Assembly: GCA_047921075.1 (NCBI GenBank)
Contig: JBLRWS010000002.1
Location: 4,662 to 68,661 of the forward strand
DNA: 64,000 bases
DNA from: Balneolaceae bacterium
GTDB lineage: Bacteria > Bacteroidota > Rhodothermia > Balneolales > Balneolaceae
Direction of reading: 5' to 3'
Both the position numbers and the translations under genes were made by a program. The notes under the pieces are model-generated. The model had not been told where the DNA came from. It did no database searches and saw only the letters and a list, made by a program, of their open reading frames with translations. Below are positions 1 to 9,285 of the stretch, piece by piece (the stretch's first letter is position 1; every line of letters begins with the position of its first letter).

Positions 1-402
1 TTCAAAGAGTTTGTCTTTTAGCTCCAATACCATCCGCTCGGCGGTCTTTTTCCCAATGCCGGAGATAGAGGAGAGGGCTCCGGTATCTTGCCCAGCTATC
101 GCATCCACTAAATTCGATGCCGGCATTCCGCTTAAAATGGTTAGTGCCAGCTTGGGGCCGATCCCTTTTACCGTGATGAGTTGCTCGAACAGTGTTTTTT
201 CGCTTTGGTGTAAAAACCCAAACAACCGCTGATCGCTTTCGGTAAAATGGTGATGTATCAGCAGCCTGGTTTCGGCACCCTCCGAAGGCAGGTTGTCGGA
301 TGTCTGCGTGGAAATTTCAACGCGGTACCCCACTCCCTGTACATCAACATAGCACAACTGTTCTTCTTTACCGGCCAAAATTCCTTGCAAAAATGCGATC
401 AT
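1..402 (-). CDS. ruvA: Holliday junction branch-migration protein RuvA; the C-terminus runs off the window start
   Basis: Absent from the ORF track because it is truncated. Reverse translation from the ATG (complement of 400-402) gives MIAFLQGILAGKEEQLCYVDVQGVGYRVEIS...ITVKGIGPKLALTILSGM...ISGIGKKTAERMVLELKDK. This is the RuvA OB fold plus two HhH motifs, and the frame stays open to position 1. Confidence 0.9.
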   Translation of the reverse strand, partial: MIAFLQGILAGKEEQLCYVDVQGVGYRVEISTQTSDNLPSEGAETRLLIHHHFTESDQRLFGFLHQSEKTLFEQLITVKGIGPKLALTILSGMPASNLVDAIAGQDTGALSSISGIGKKTAERMVLELKDKLFE

Positions 403-415
403 ACGGTATACTCAA

Positions 416-982
416 TTAATGTTTCTTTACGCGATCTGGGTTCTGCTCCATAAACGCCGCCCACCCCGATTTGCTATTATTTTGGTGCGTCTTTTTGCTT
501 TGGCCGGCAACTGAATTCCGGCGCATATGATGGCACCAGGCCACGGCCAATGCGTCGGTAGCGTCGTTCGTAAGGGAGACATCACCAAGCTCCATCATCC
601 GCTGTAACATGCTTGCCACCTGTTTTTTGCTGGCATTTCCATTCCCGGTAATCGCCTTTTTTACCGCCTTGGGATAATATTCTGCTATTTGAAGTCCGCT
701 GTTCGTTACGGCCAGAATAGCGGCTGCCTGGGCGCGGCCAAGTTTTAGCATGGCCAGGGGGTCGGACCCGTATACCGGTGTTTCCACCGCACATTCATCC
801 GGTTTATGGATAGACACCAACTCGCTCACCTCTTCGAAGATGGTTTGCAGCCGGCGCGTATGATCATCGATATCGTGCGTGCGTATTACACCGATGGCAA
901 GTGGAGTGAAAATCCGGTTGTTCTCTTCTAACACCGCATAGCCGGTAGCGCGTGAACCAGGGTCGATGCCAAGAATTTTCAT
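416..982 (-). CDS. ruvC: Crossover junction endodeoxyribonuclease RuvC
   Basis: Translation reads MKILGIDPGSRATGYAVLE...DATDALAVAWCH, the RNase H-fold RuvC signature. I chose the internal ATG at 982 because the longer ORF (to 1075) overlaps the fabI 3' end. ruvA lies directly downstream. Confidence 0.9.
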   Translation of the reverse strand: MKILGIDPGSRATGYAVLEENNRIFTPLAIGVIRTHDIDDHTRRLQTIFEEVSELVSIHKPDECAVETPVYGSDPLAMLKLGRAQAAAILAVTNSGLQIAEYYPKAVKKAITGNGNASKKQVASMLQRMMELGDVSLTNDATDALAVAWCHHMRRNSVAGQSKKTHQNNSKSGWAAFMEQNPDRVKKH

Positions 983-1037
983 ACCGTCTGTGTTGGTTCC
1001 GTTTATGCCAATTTGGCCGGTGGTGCCGCCTCGCAGA

Positions 1038-1874
1038 TTACTCTTCGTCCGAGTAGAGTCTTTCGAGCCCTTCAATCATCTCTTCCGAAATACCCGCTGT
1101 CGAGAAGCCCCCGTCGTGAAACAGATTCTGCATGGTCACTTTGCGCGTCAGGTCCGAAAAGAGCGTGACGCAGTAATCGGCACACTCGTCGGCGCTGGGA
1201 TTGCCCAGTGGAGCAATTTTTTCTGCAAAGGTGTACATGCTGTCGAACCCTTTAATGCCCGATCCCGCCGAGGTTTTGGTTGGCGCCTGTGATACGGTAT
1301 TAACCCGAATACCGCGCTCGGCCAGCCGACTTCCGTAGTTTCTGGCAATGCTTTCTAAAAGCGCCTTCGCATCATTCATGTCAGAATACTTTGAGAAAAT
1401 GCGCTGCGCACCAATGTACGTTAATGCGATAACACTGCCGCCATCATTCAAAATACCCGCTTTGTCGGCGTGGTGAAGAACCTTATGCAGCGAAATGGCG
1501 GAAATATCGAGTGTTTGGTTGTACCAGTTGTAATTGATATCGGCATACGCCTTTTTCTTGCGGATATTGGGCGACATGCCGATAGCGTGCAAAATGAAAT
1601 CCACACTGCCCAGCTCTTCTTTCACCTGTTCCATCATCTCTTCCACATTCGCCTCATCGCTCACATCACACGGAATGATGGGGGCGTTGGTCTCTTCGCT
1701 CAACGCGTTCAGCGTACCCAACCGTAGGGCGATCGGAGCGTTAGATAGCACAAAGTCGGCTCCCTCGCGTTTACAGGCCAAGGCAATGCGCCACGCAATG
1801 CTTCGCTCATCCAGCGCACCAAAAATAATTCCTTTTTTTCCTTTCAGTAATCCATAGCTCGGTGTATCAGACAT
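1038..1874 (-). CDS. fabI: Enoyl-[acyl-carrier-protein] reductase (NADH), FabI type
   Basis: The 278 aa product has LKGKKGIIFGALDERSIAW (a FabI-type Rossmann motif) and SVIALTYIGAQR...YSDMNDAKALLES (the Y/K catalytic region). Confidence 0.9.
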   Translation of the reverse strand: MSDTPSYGLLKGKKGIIFGALDERSIAWRIALACKREGADFVLSNAPIALRLGTLNALSEETNAPIIPCDVSDEANVEEMMEQVKEELGSVDFILHAIGMSPNIRKKKAYADINYNWYNQTLDISAISLHKVLHHADKAGILNDGGSVIALTYIGAQRIFSKYSDMNDAKALLESIARNYGSRLAERGIRVNTVSQAPTKTSAGSGIKGFDSMYTFAEKIAPLGNPSADECADYCVTLFSDLTRKVTMQNLFHDGGFSTAGISEEMIEGLERLYSDEE

Positions 1875-2060
1875 AAACAGGTCTCCTTCATTTGGTTAGT
1901 TTCACGGGAAAATAACACCTTCACCTGTCAGATCGAAATAGGAGGGTGCATATCATCGTGTCCTTTTTTTGCCGGGCCGGGTATTGTAAATCATTGTACA
2001 AGTACCTATCTTATCAGACTCTGCATTTTTTATTCAATTATTGATTTACGTGTCTGTGTA

Positions 2061-3401
2061 ATGTTTGAAGATTTGTCTTCTAAAATAGAATCAGCCGTCC
2101 AGTCCCTGAAAGGTCAATCCAGGATCACGGATGTTAATATCGCTGAAACCGTTCGGGAAATTCGCCGCGCCCTGCTGGACGCCGACGTAAATCTTGAGGT
2201 TGCCCGCCAATTTACCGCCGATGTAAAGGAGCGCGTTATGGGATCGGATGTTCTCACCTCCGTAAATCCCGGCCAGCTGTTTACCAAAATTGTCTATGAC
2301 GAAATGGTAAAAGTGCTTGGCGAAACACGCAGCGACATTGCCGTGGCATCCAAGCCGCCTACGGTTATTCTTGTTGCCGGTTTACAGGGCTCTGGTAAAA
2401 CCACGTTTGTTGGTAAACTGGCCCTGTATCTCAAAAAAGAGAACAACCGAAATCCAATTCTTGCAGCGGCCGATGTTTACCGTCCCGCCGCTATTGATCA
2501 GCTAAAAACCCTGGCCGAAAGTATTCAGGTTCCCGTCTACTCTATCCAGCAAAAAGATCCGGTCCGGGTAGCGAAAGAAGCCGTATCCATGGCCAAGAGC
2601 CTGGCGCTGGATACAGTCATAATTGACACGGCCGGGCGCCTGCACGTAGATGAAAAAATGATGCAGGAAGTGGCCGATATTAAAGCCGCCGTACAGCCCG
2701 ACGAAATACTGTTCGTGGTAGACGCCATGACGGGACAAGATGCCGTAAATACGGCCAAGGCATTTAATGATACCATCGACTTTGATGGTGTGGTGCTCTC
2801 AAAAATGGATGGCGATACCCGTGGCGGAGCTGCACTCTCTATTCGAACAGTGGTGCAAAAACCCATTAAGTTTATGAGTACCGGCGAGAAGCTCGATGCG
2901 CTTACGCCGTTTTATCCCGATCGCCTGGCCCAGCGTATTTTGGGGATGGGTGATGTGGTGTCGCTGGTAGAAAAAGCGCAAGAGCAGTTTGATGAAGAGC
3001 AGGCTCAAAAGCTCAAGAAAAAAATTAAGTCAGATAAGTTTGATCTGAACGACTTTCTGGAGCAGATCCAGAAAATTAAAAACATGGGCAACCTAACCGA
3101 TTTGGTTGGGATGATTCCCGGAGCCGACAAAGCACTTGAAAACGCCGATTTTGATGAAGAGTCATTTCAGCCGATTGAAGCGATCATTCTGTCGATGACG
3201 CCCGAAGAGCGAGCCAACCCCGACCTGCTGAACGGCAGCCGGCGCCGGCGCATTGCCAATGGCTCCGGTACCTCGGTTCGTGAAATCAACGAGCTGATGA
3301 AGCAGTTTGACCAAATGAAGAAAATGATGAAAACCATGTCCAAGATGGGGACGATGGGCCGCGCAATGCAGGGCCTGAAGAATCTCCCGCTTGGGCGCTA
3401 A
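2061..3401 (+). CDS. ffh: Signal recognition particle protein Ffh
   Basis: The 446 aa product has GLQGSGKTTFVGKLA (P-loop), DTAGRL and SKMDGDTRGG (SRP GTPase motifs). It also has a Met-rich M domain at the C-terminus. Confidence 0.95.
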   Translation: MFEDLSSKIESAVQSLKGQSRITDVNIAETVREIRRALLDADVNLEVARQFTADVKERVMGSDVLTSVNPGQLFTKIVYDEMVKVLGETRSDIAVASKPPTVILVAGLQGSGKTTFVGKLALYLKKENNRNPILAAADVYRPAAIDQLKTLAESIQVPVYSIQQKDPVRVAKEAVSMAKSLALDTVIIDTAGRLHVDEKMMQEVADIKAAVQPDEILFVVDAMTGQDAVNTAKAFNDTIDFDGVVLSKMDGDTRGGAALSIRTVVQKPIKFMSTGEKLDALTPFYPDRLAQRILGMGDVVSLVEKAQEQFDEEQAQKLKKKIKSDKFDLNDFLEQIQKIKNMGNLTDLVGMIPGADKALENADFDEESFQPIEAIILSMTPEERANPDLLNGSRRRRIANGSGTSVREINELMKQFDQMKKMMKTMSKMGTMGRAMQGLKNLPLGR

Positions 3402-3499
3402 ACAATATACGTAAACCCTTATCGCGATTGGAAGAACCTGATGCATCTACACTTCTGAACGCCACGATTTGAAACAATAAGTTAAACCGGAGTAAATCA

Positions 3500-4420
3500 T
3501 TGATTAAGTTAAGACTACAACGAAAAGGACGAAAAAAGAGACCATTTTACCACATTGTGGTAGCTGACAGCCGGTCTCCGCGCGACGGCCGTATTATTGA
3601 ACGGCTTGGCCGATACGACAATGTGAGCGAAAAAAGAGAACTCACATACGACGAAGAACGCATTATTCACTGGCTTAAAATCGGTGCCCAGCCAAGCGAT
3701 ACCGTGCGCAGTATTCTGCGTAAAGAGGGTATCCTCTACAAAATGCACCTGATGCGTTGGGGCAAATCCGACGAAGAAATTGATGCTGCACTCACGGAGT
3801 GGCGCGAACAGCGAGAAAGTCGCACAAGTGAAGAAGAACACAGCCGAAAAGCGAAACAGAAAGAAATTCTGAAGGCCGAAGAAGAAGCTTACAAGAAAAA
3901 GCTGGAAGAAAAAGCAGCGAAGGCGGCCAAAGAGATGGAAGCCAAAAAAGCCAAGGAAGAAGCAGAAGCGGCTGAAGCAGCTGAAACTGTAGCTGAAGAA
4001 GAGGTGGAAGAAAGCACTGAAGAAGCAGCAACAGAAACCGCCGCAGAAGAAAAAGAAGAACCTGCAGTCGAAGCAGCAGACGAACCTGCCGCCGAAGAAG
4101 CTGAAGAAAAAACTGAATCTGTAGCCCGGGAAGAAGAGAAAGAAGAGGCTGCTGAAGAGGTTAAAGCAGAGGCTGAGGAAGTAAAAGAAGAGCCGAAGGC
4201 AGAAGAAGCGCCGGCCGCCGAAGCGGAGGCTGATACAAAGGAAGACGCTGAGGAAGAAAAAACCGAAGCCAAAACCGGCACCGTCTCAACCGAGATGAAC
4301 GCCACCGAGGCGATTGATCACATTAAAAATACCCCGCTCGACAAGCTTCAAGGCTTTGTTACTGATGATGAAGATCGCGTGACCGTACAACGGGCGTGGG
4401 AAAGCAAACAATCTGAATAA
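3500..4420 (+). CDS. rpsP: 30S ribosomal protein S16 with a roughly 200 aa Glu/Ala/Lys-rich C-terminal extension
   Basis: TTG start. The N-terminus IKLRLQRKGRKKRPFYHIVVADSRSPRDGRIIERLGRYD is canonical S16. It sits in the conserved ffh-rpsP-rimM-trmD-rplS order. From about nt 3812 the sequence is a low-complexity acidic tail. Confidence 0.9.
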   Translation: MIKLRLQRKGRKKRPFYHIVVADSRSPRDGRIIERLGRYDNVSEKRELTYDEERIIHWLKIGAQPSDTVRSILRKEGILYKMHLMRWGKSDEEIDAALTEWREQRESRTSEEEHSRKAKQKEILKAEEEAYKKKLEEKAAKAAKEMEAKKAKEEAEAAEAAETVAEEEVEESTEEAATETAAEEKEEPAVEAADEPAAEEAEEKTESVAREEEKEEAAEEVKAEAEEVKEEPKAEEAPAAEAEADTKEDAEEEKTEAKTGTVSTEMNATEAIDHIKNTPLDKLQGFVTDDEDRVTVQRAWESKQSE

Positions 4421-4968
4421 TGAAACCCGAACCGGACTTTCAATCCCGGTTCACCGAGATTGGGAGACTTGGCAAGCCTCGTGGTTTACACGGTGTTTGC
4501 AGATTTCTCCCCAATCCCACTGTTGATGTTGATCACGTTCAAACCCTTACCATCGTGTTTTTGAAAAACGAACGGGGTGATTTGACTCCGGCGCGAATCG
4601 AATCGATTCACACCGAAGAAAAACGGAATCAACAAATGTTCTTTGTAAAACTTGATACGATTACCGACCGCACAGAGGCAGAACAAGCCGTTGACTCAGC
4701 GATCTTTACCGATCAGCCAGTAACCAAACGGCCCGACTCTGCCTCCGATGCAGACGACCTGATCGGATATGATGTATATTACAACGGTGCGCGTTTTGGC
4801 GAAGTTGTTGGGGTGATGAGCACTCCGGCTCATCCCATCTATGAAGTACGCAGTTCCGTTGGCCTGGTGTTGATACCGGCCGTACCCGAATACATCGAAA
4901 CAACCAATGAAGAAAAGCGCACACTCTATTGTGTGCAGCTGCATCAGCTTATAGAAGAGTTGGAATGA
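4420..4968 (+). CDS. rimM: 16S rRNA processing protein RimM
   Basis: ATG overlaps the rpsP stop (TAATG). The product has EIGRLGKPRGLHGVCRF (RimM N-terminal barrel) and a PRC-barrel-like C-terminus. Its position in the conserved operon also fits. Confidence 0.85.
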   Translation: MKPEPDFQSRFTEIGRLGKPRGLHGVCRFLPNPTVDVDHVQTLTIVFLKNERGDLTPARIESIHTEEKRNQQMFFVKLDTITDRTEAEQAVDSAIFTDQPVTKRPDSASDADDLIGYDVYYNGARFGEVVGVMSTPAHPIYEVRSSVGLVLIPAVPEYIETTNEEKRTLYCVQLHQLIEELE

Positions 4969-5648
4969 TACGATTCGACATCATATCTGCCGTGCCCAGC
5001 CTGCTTCAGGGTCCCCTGGAGCATAGTATTGTGGGCCGTGCACGCGACAATGAGCTGACCGAGATTGTCGTTCACGATTTGCGTGACTACACCACCGACA
5101 AACACGGAAAGATCGATGATTATCCGTACGGAGGCGGTGCCGGCATGGTGCTCTCACCACAGCCCATTTTCGACTGTATTGACGAGCTGACCAGCCAGCG
5201 CACTTACGATGAGGTTTTGTTTCCATCAGCTGATGGTCCGTTGTTTCAGCAGCGCGATGCCAATGAGTTGTCGCTTAAAAAGAATCTGATCATTCTGTGT
5301 GGCCACTACAAAGGCGTGGACCAGCGCGTGCGGGATACATTGATCACCCGCGAATACTCCATCGGAGATTATGTACTATCCGGCGGCGAACTGCCGGCCA
5401 TGGTCATTACCGACGCCATCGTGCGGTTGCTGCCCGGAGCGCTGGGGGATGCGGAAAGCTCCCTAAGTGACTCCTTTCAGGAACCGCTGCTCGGTCCTCC
5501 GGTGTATACACGCCCGGCCAGTTTTCGCGGCCACGACGTGCCTGATGTGCTGCTTTCCGGTAATCATCAACGAGTAGAACAGTGGAAACTCGAACAAAGT
5601 GAAAAAAAAACCCGGGAAATTCGTCCCGACCTATTGAACAAATTGTAA
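4965..5648 (+). CDS. trmD: tRNA (guanine37-N1)-methyltransferase TrmD
   Basis: Translation reads MIRFDIISAVPSLLQGPLEHSIVGRA...DDYPYGGGAGMVL...GHYKGVDQRV...SIGDYVLSGGELPA. The internal ATG at 4965 overlaps the rimM stop (ATGA). Confidence 0.92.
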   Translation: MIRFDIISAVPSLLQGPLEHSIVGRARDNELTEIVVHDLRDYTTDKHGKIDDYPYGGGAGMVLSPQPIFDCIDELTSQRTYDEVLFPSADGPLFQQRDANELSLKKNLIILCGHYKGVDQRVRDTLITREYSIGDYVLSGGELPAMVITDAIVRLLPGALGDAESSLSDSFQEPLLGPPVYTRPASFRGHDVPDVLLSGNHQRVEQWKLEQSEKKTREIRPDLLNKL

Positions 5649-5683
5649 AATTAAACGTAATCGCCCAGTAACAGGACAAACCC

Positions 5684-6049
5684 ATGGATAAATTAAGATT
5701 AGTTGAACAGACCGTAATGAACGACGACGTACCGGCATTTACCGCCGGCGACACCGTAAATGTTCATTATCGCGTACGTGAAGGTGAAAAAGAACGGATT
5801 CAGCAATACGAGGGTGTTGTGATTAACGAGCGCGGCAGCGGTGCCAATAAAACATTTACCGTACGTAAAATGTCGGGCAGTGTTGGTGTAGAGCGTATTT
5901 TCCCGCTTTACTCACCGTTCATCGCCAAAATTGAAGTGAAGAAAAAAGGACGTGTTCGGCGTTCTAAACTCTTTTATCTGCGCGATCGACGCGGTAAGGC
6001 CGCTCGTATTCGGGAAAAAGAGCGTGTGGTTACTGATAAGAAAAAATAG
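5684..6049 (+). CDS. rplS: 50S ribosomal protein L19
   Basis: The 121 aa product has [29 protein letters not shown]...[21 protein letters not shown]. Confidence 0.95.
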   Translation: MDKLRLVEQTVMNDDVPAFTAGDTVNVHYRVREGEKERIQQYEGVVINERGSGANKTFTVRKMSGSVGVERIFPLYSPFIAKIEVKKKGRVRRSKLFYLRDRRGKAARIREKERVVTDKKK

Positions 6050-6059
6050 CAGGCCCTGT

Positions 6060-6093
6060 GCGGATCACATCTTTATGTATCCGCATTTTTTTT
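6060..6093 (+). terminator. Rho-independent terminator after rplS
   Basis: Hairpin GCGGAT(C)ACAT-CTTT-ATGTATCCGC is followed by ATTTTTTTT. It lies inside the spurious N-terminal extension of the adk ORF. Confidence 0.8.
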
Positions 6094-6135
6094 CTTCTAA
6101 ACTCACCCTTCTTTGAATTTAACCGATCAACCTTC

Positions 6136-6696
6136 ATGAACATCATTCTTTTTGGCCCTCCCGGTGCCGGCAAGGGAACACAAGCTGCTAAAATTGCAGA
6201 GCACTATTCGATCCCTCATCTTTCTACCGGCAATATTTTTCGGAAAAACATCAAAAACGAAACCGATCTTGGAAAGAAAGTAAAATCCATTCTCGATTCC
6301 GGTGAACTGGTGCCCGACGAAACCGTTGTGGAGCTGGTAGCTGATGAGCTTAGCAAAGCTCCTTATCAGAATGGATATATTCTGGATGGATTTCCGCGCA
6401 CCGTGCCGCAAGCCGAATCCCTGGATGCCTATCTTGAGGAAAACAATGACAGCATTGACGCTTTTATCACTCTCTCTGTACCGGAAGAAGAGCTGATACA
6501 ACGCATCTTAAGCCGGCAAGAGGGACGAAGCGATGATACCCCCGAAAAGGTTAAAAACCGGCTAAAGGTGTATCACGAAGAGACCGCCCCGGTCCTTGGG
6601 TATTACAAGAAGAAAGGGTTGGTAACAGAAATTGACGGTGTTGGCTCCGTCGATGAGATCTTCTCATCCATTCAAAAAGAGCTCAACAAAGTATAA
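6136..6696 (+). CDS. adk: Adenylate kinase (short-LID type), cytoplasmic
   Basis: Translation reads MNIILFGPPGAGKGTQA...STGNIFR...GFPRTVPQAE. I chose the start at 6136 because the upstream part of the ORF contains the rplS terminator. Confidence 0.92.
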   Translation: MNIILFGPPGAGKGTQAAKIAEHYSIPHLSTGNIFRKNIKNETDLGKKVKSILDSGELVPDETVVELVADELSKAPYQNGYILDGFPRTVPQAESLDAYLEENNDSIDAFITLSVPEEELIQRILSRQEGRSDDTPEKVKNRLKVYHEETAPVLGYYKKKGLVTEIDGVGSVDEIFSSIQKELNKV

Positions 6697-6781
6697 CAAG
6701 TTACTGACGTTTCCGGGTATTGCGAGGCATCACCGATACGCTGTTTTATTTTTGTCCCATCATCATAAATCAATATTCTTT

Positions 6782-7444
6782 ATGAAAAAAATAAACGCTT
6801 TTATTTATCTGCTGGTTGCCGCCGCTCTTATGTTCACCTTTTCGCAATGTAATGGTGGAGATAACACCTCTACAGCTCAGGTTACACAAAAAAATCTGGT
6901 CTTGTTTGGCCCTCCGGGAGCTGGAAAATCTACACAGGCCGGATTTATTGTAGACCACTACGGCCTTGAAAAACTGGAATCGGGTGCTATTTTCCGACAA
7001 AACATCTCTGACGAGACTCCGCTTGGCCTCCGTGTTCAGCAATTTGTTAATGCCGGCGAGCTGGTACCCGACAGCCTGGTTAATCGTATTATTCTCGGTG
7101 AGCTCTCTGACGACCGCTACCGAAACGGGTTTGTGATTGATGGATTTCCGCGAACCATTCCACAGGCAGAAGCATTACAGACGTTTTTAACGATCCGGCG
7201 AATGGACCTGGACGCAGTGGTTCACCTTGAAGTTCCTGAAGAGGAACTGCAGCGCCGTATTTTAGGCAGAGATGACGATCGGGATGATGACGATCTGGAA
7301 ACCTTTCGGGCGCGAATGGAAACCTATCGCAATGAAACCAAGCCACTTCTCGATTTCTATGAAGAGCGTGATCTGCTGATTACAGTTGATGGTACCGGAA
7401 CCCCGGAAGAGGTTTCTCAGCGCATTCTGCGGGCACTTCAATAG
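6782..7444 (+). CDS. Adenylate kinase paralog with an N-terminal lipoprotein-type signal peptide
   Basis: MKKINAFIYLLVAAALMFTFSQC is a basic n-region, hydrophobic core and Cys. It is followed by LVLFGPPGAGKSTQA...SGAIFR...GFPRTIPQAE, a full Adk core. Confidence 0.85.
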   Translation: MKKINAFIYLLVAAALMFTFSQCNGGDNTSTAQVTQKNLVLFGPPGAGKSTQAGFIVDHYGLEKLESGAIFRQNISDETPLGLRVQQFVNAGELVPDSLVNRIILGELSDDRYRNGFVIDGFPRTIPQAEALQTFLTIRRMDLDAVVHLEVPEEELQRRILGRDDDRDDDDLETFRARMETYRNETKPLLDFYEERDLLITVDGTGTPEEVSQRILRALQ

Positions 7445-7582
7445 AGCCATTAGGCGTTTTTTTTATTGATTGAAGCACGGCACTCTTTTTACCTATTTGA
7501 ACGATTTATTGTCGCAGATCGGTCGTTCATAATCTAACGATGAATAGGAATAAAACCCCTTCTTGCCGGCATTCTAAGCAAT

Positions 7583-8479
7583 TTATCCCTTCAGCAGCGC
7601 TTTAACAATTGCCGGTGTCACATCCATAATCGATCGGCAAGTATGGAAGTGGTCACTCGTGCCTTTCACAATAAGCGGAACCGGATTTCGGGTGTGTTTT
7701 TTGATGGAGAGATCCTCCAGGTTTCCATGATCACTGGTGAGTACAAGGGTGTCTCCGGACCTGAGACCATCACTCACGGCCGTCAGCAATCGATCCAGTG
7801 ATTGCAGCACCCCTTCGGCTGTTTCCATCTGTTGTAAATGGCCTGCTTTATCGGTGAGGTAGTACTCAAAAAGAACCAGATCGTACCGAGTGGCCGCGTG
7901 TAATAGTCGATCAGCGGCTTCTTTTTCTGTTATCATCGGCACATCCATATGAAGTTGCTCCCGCCACGCGTTTTGAGTGATGTCCGCTGTTACTGCCCGG
8001 CCCTCCATAATATCTTTCGTACGGTTTACCTTTAATCCGGCGGCCAGGGTCATCATAGTAGTGGCCGTCCAGCGGTTTCTTTTCTTCACTTTCTCAAAAA
8101 AAACCTCCGGATAAGCATTGATAAAATGGGGCTGTTTTCCGGCTTGCAACAGATGATGAAAAAGACTCTCTTTTTTTAAAAGATGGCGTGTTTTGGTAGG
8201 CGGAAATGGCCCAAAGTGTCTTCCGTTTATTTTGGCAGCATTTTGCCCGGAAAACAGCGTAGCCTGGCCGGTACCACTTTGCGGTAAACCGTCTACTTCC
8301 AGATTGGCATCAATCGGCCTGTACAATAAATCGGATTCTAAAACAGCCTCACACCCTGAATGGATTCCGTTCTGTTTCGTGAGGGATGAGAAAAAGATGA
8401 GAGATTCGTTTGCAAGCGGATTGTGTTCTCCCGCGTCTCCGACGCCAATTCCATCAATAAAAAAGAACAGGATAGCCAT
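7583..8479 (-). CDS. Alkaline-phosphatase-superfamily metalloenzyme (iPGM/phosphopentomutase-like)
   Basis: The 298 aa product has FFIDGIGVG at the N-terminus (metal-binding Asp) and LVLTSDHGNLED near the C-terminus. This is typical of the metalloenzyme superfamily. The exact substrate is unknown. Confidence 0.7.
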   Translation of the reverse strand: MAILFFFIDGIGVGDAGEHNPLANESLIFFSSLTKQNGIHSGCEAVLESDLLYRPIDANLEVDGLPQSGTGQATLFSGQNAAKINGRHFGPFPPTKTRHLLKKESLFHHLLQAGKQPHFINAYPEVFFEKVKKRNRWTATTMMTLAAGLKVNRTKDIMEGRAVTADITQNAWREQLHMDVPMITEKEAADRLLHAATRYDLVLFEYYLTDKAGHLQQMETAEGVLQSLDRLLTAVSDGLRSGDTLVLTSDHGNLEDLSIKKHTRNPVPLIVKGTSDHFHTCRSIMDVTPAIVKALLKG

Positions 8480-8482
8480 TTC

Positions 8483-8923
8483 TTACCGCTCCATTAGAAT
8501 GGTAACCGGCCCGTCATTAATGAGCGAAACATCCATTGTAGCAGCAAATTCACCCTCTTCAATCGGTACAGAGCCATTGCTTTTCAGATACGCCACCATC
8601 CAATTGTATAATTTTTCTGCCGGTTCCGGAGCCATCGCATCTGTAAACCCCGGACGCGTTCCTTTTTCAATCCGTCCATACAGCGTAAATTGAGAAACCA
8701 CCAAAATACCACCATTCACATCTCGAACAGACCGGTTCATTTTTCCCTCTTCATCGGCAAAAATTCGAAGCTTTAGAAGTTTGTCGCAGCACCATTTTAC
8801 AGTCTCCTCTGTATCATCCTGATGAATACCCACCAACAGCAACAGTCCGTGCCCAATCGAGCCTATAATTTCTTCCTGAACAGTAACAGACGCTCTCTGA
8901 ACTCGCTGAATAATAATACGCAT
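8483..8923 (-). CDS. dtd: D-aminoacyl-tRNA deacylase
   Basis: The 146 aa product has MRIIIQRVQRASVTV...GLLLLVGI...ILVVSQFTLYG...G.RPGF. Confidence 0.93.
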   Translation of the reverse strand: MRIIIQRVQRASVTVQEEIIGSIGHGLLLLVGIHQDDTEETVKWCCDKLLKLRIFADEEGKMNRSVRDVNGGILVVSQFTLYGRIEKGTRPGFTDAMAPEPAEKLYNWMVAYLKSNGSVPIEEGEFAATMDVSLINDGPVTILMER

Positions 8924-8994
8924 GGTGTTGATAACTATGTTTGTAACTTCAATGTAGGTGGTTGATATCTCGGATACTTCCTTTTAAGCTCATT

Positions 8995-9285
8995 TTGTCC
9001 ACATCAATCCACATAAAAAACCCGTTATGAACAGGCAAAAAGTATAACTTTCTGTGTTCAGTTCGTAACCGGAGTTTGCGGTGCAATCTATATGTGATTG
9101 TGGATAATGTAAAATCACAATCCGTAAACCTTTGATTTTACTGCATATTATATCCACATTTCTTTCCACATTTCATTCACGCTCTGTTTTTAAATGTCAA
9201 TGAATAAGTTCTCCACTTATCCACACCCTCTACTACTAAAAGACAAAAAATAAATTTCACTGATCTTGTATACTCCTGTGGAAAA
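8995..9285. promoter_or_regulatory. Cluster of DnaA-box-like 9-mers (candidate oriC or DnaA-binding region)
   Basis: The boxes are TTGTCCACA 8995-9003, CAATCCACA 9005-9013 and TGTGGATAA 9099-9107 (perfect, reverse). They continue with ATATCCACA 9150-9158, CTTTCCACA 9162-9170 and TTCTCCACT 9209-9217. The last two are TTATCCACA 9217-9225 (perfect) and TGTGGAAAA 9277-9285 (reverse). All lie in a 446-bp AT-rich spacer between divergent dtd and purM. Confidence 0.6.

Noticed and set aside
416-1075. Long N-terminal extensions in the ORF track. These affect ruvC (to 1075), adk (from 6058), adk2 (from 6632), trmD (from 4929) and the SDR (to 11412). They also affect the M14 peptidase (from 17466), rpmB (from 29973), yqeY (from 30660), tyrS (from 31679), xseB (from 35917) and the S9 peptidase (to 47014).
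   Set aside because: The extensions overlap upstream genes or terminators and precede canonical family N-termini or signal peptides. I used the internal starts instead.
3889-4305. A 138 aa Ser/Ala-rich minus-strand ORF opposite the S16 tail.
   Set aside because: It is an artefact of the GAA/GCN-rich repeat encoding the Glu/Ala tail, since the complement reads as Ser/Ala/Phe codons. There is no start context or independent support.
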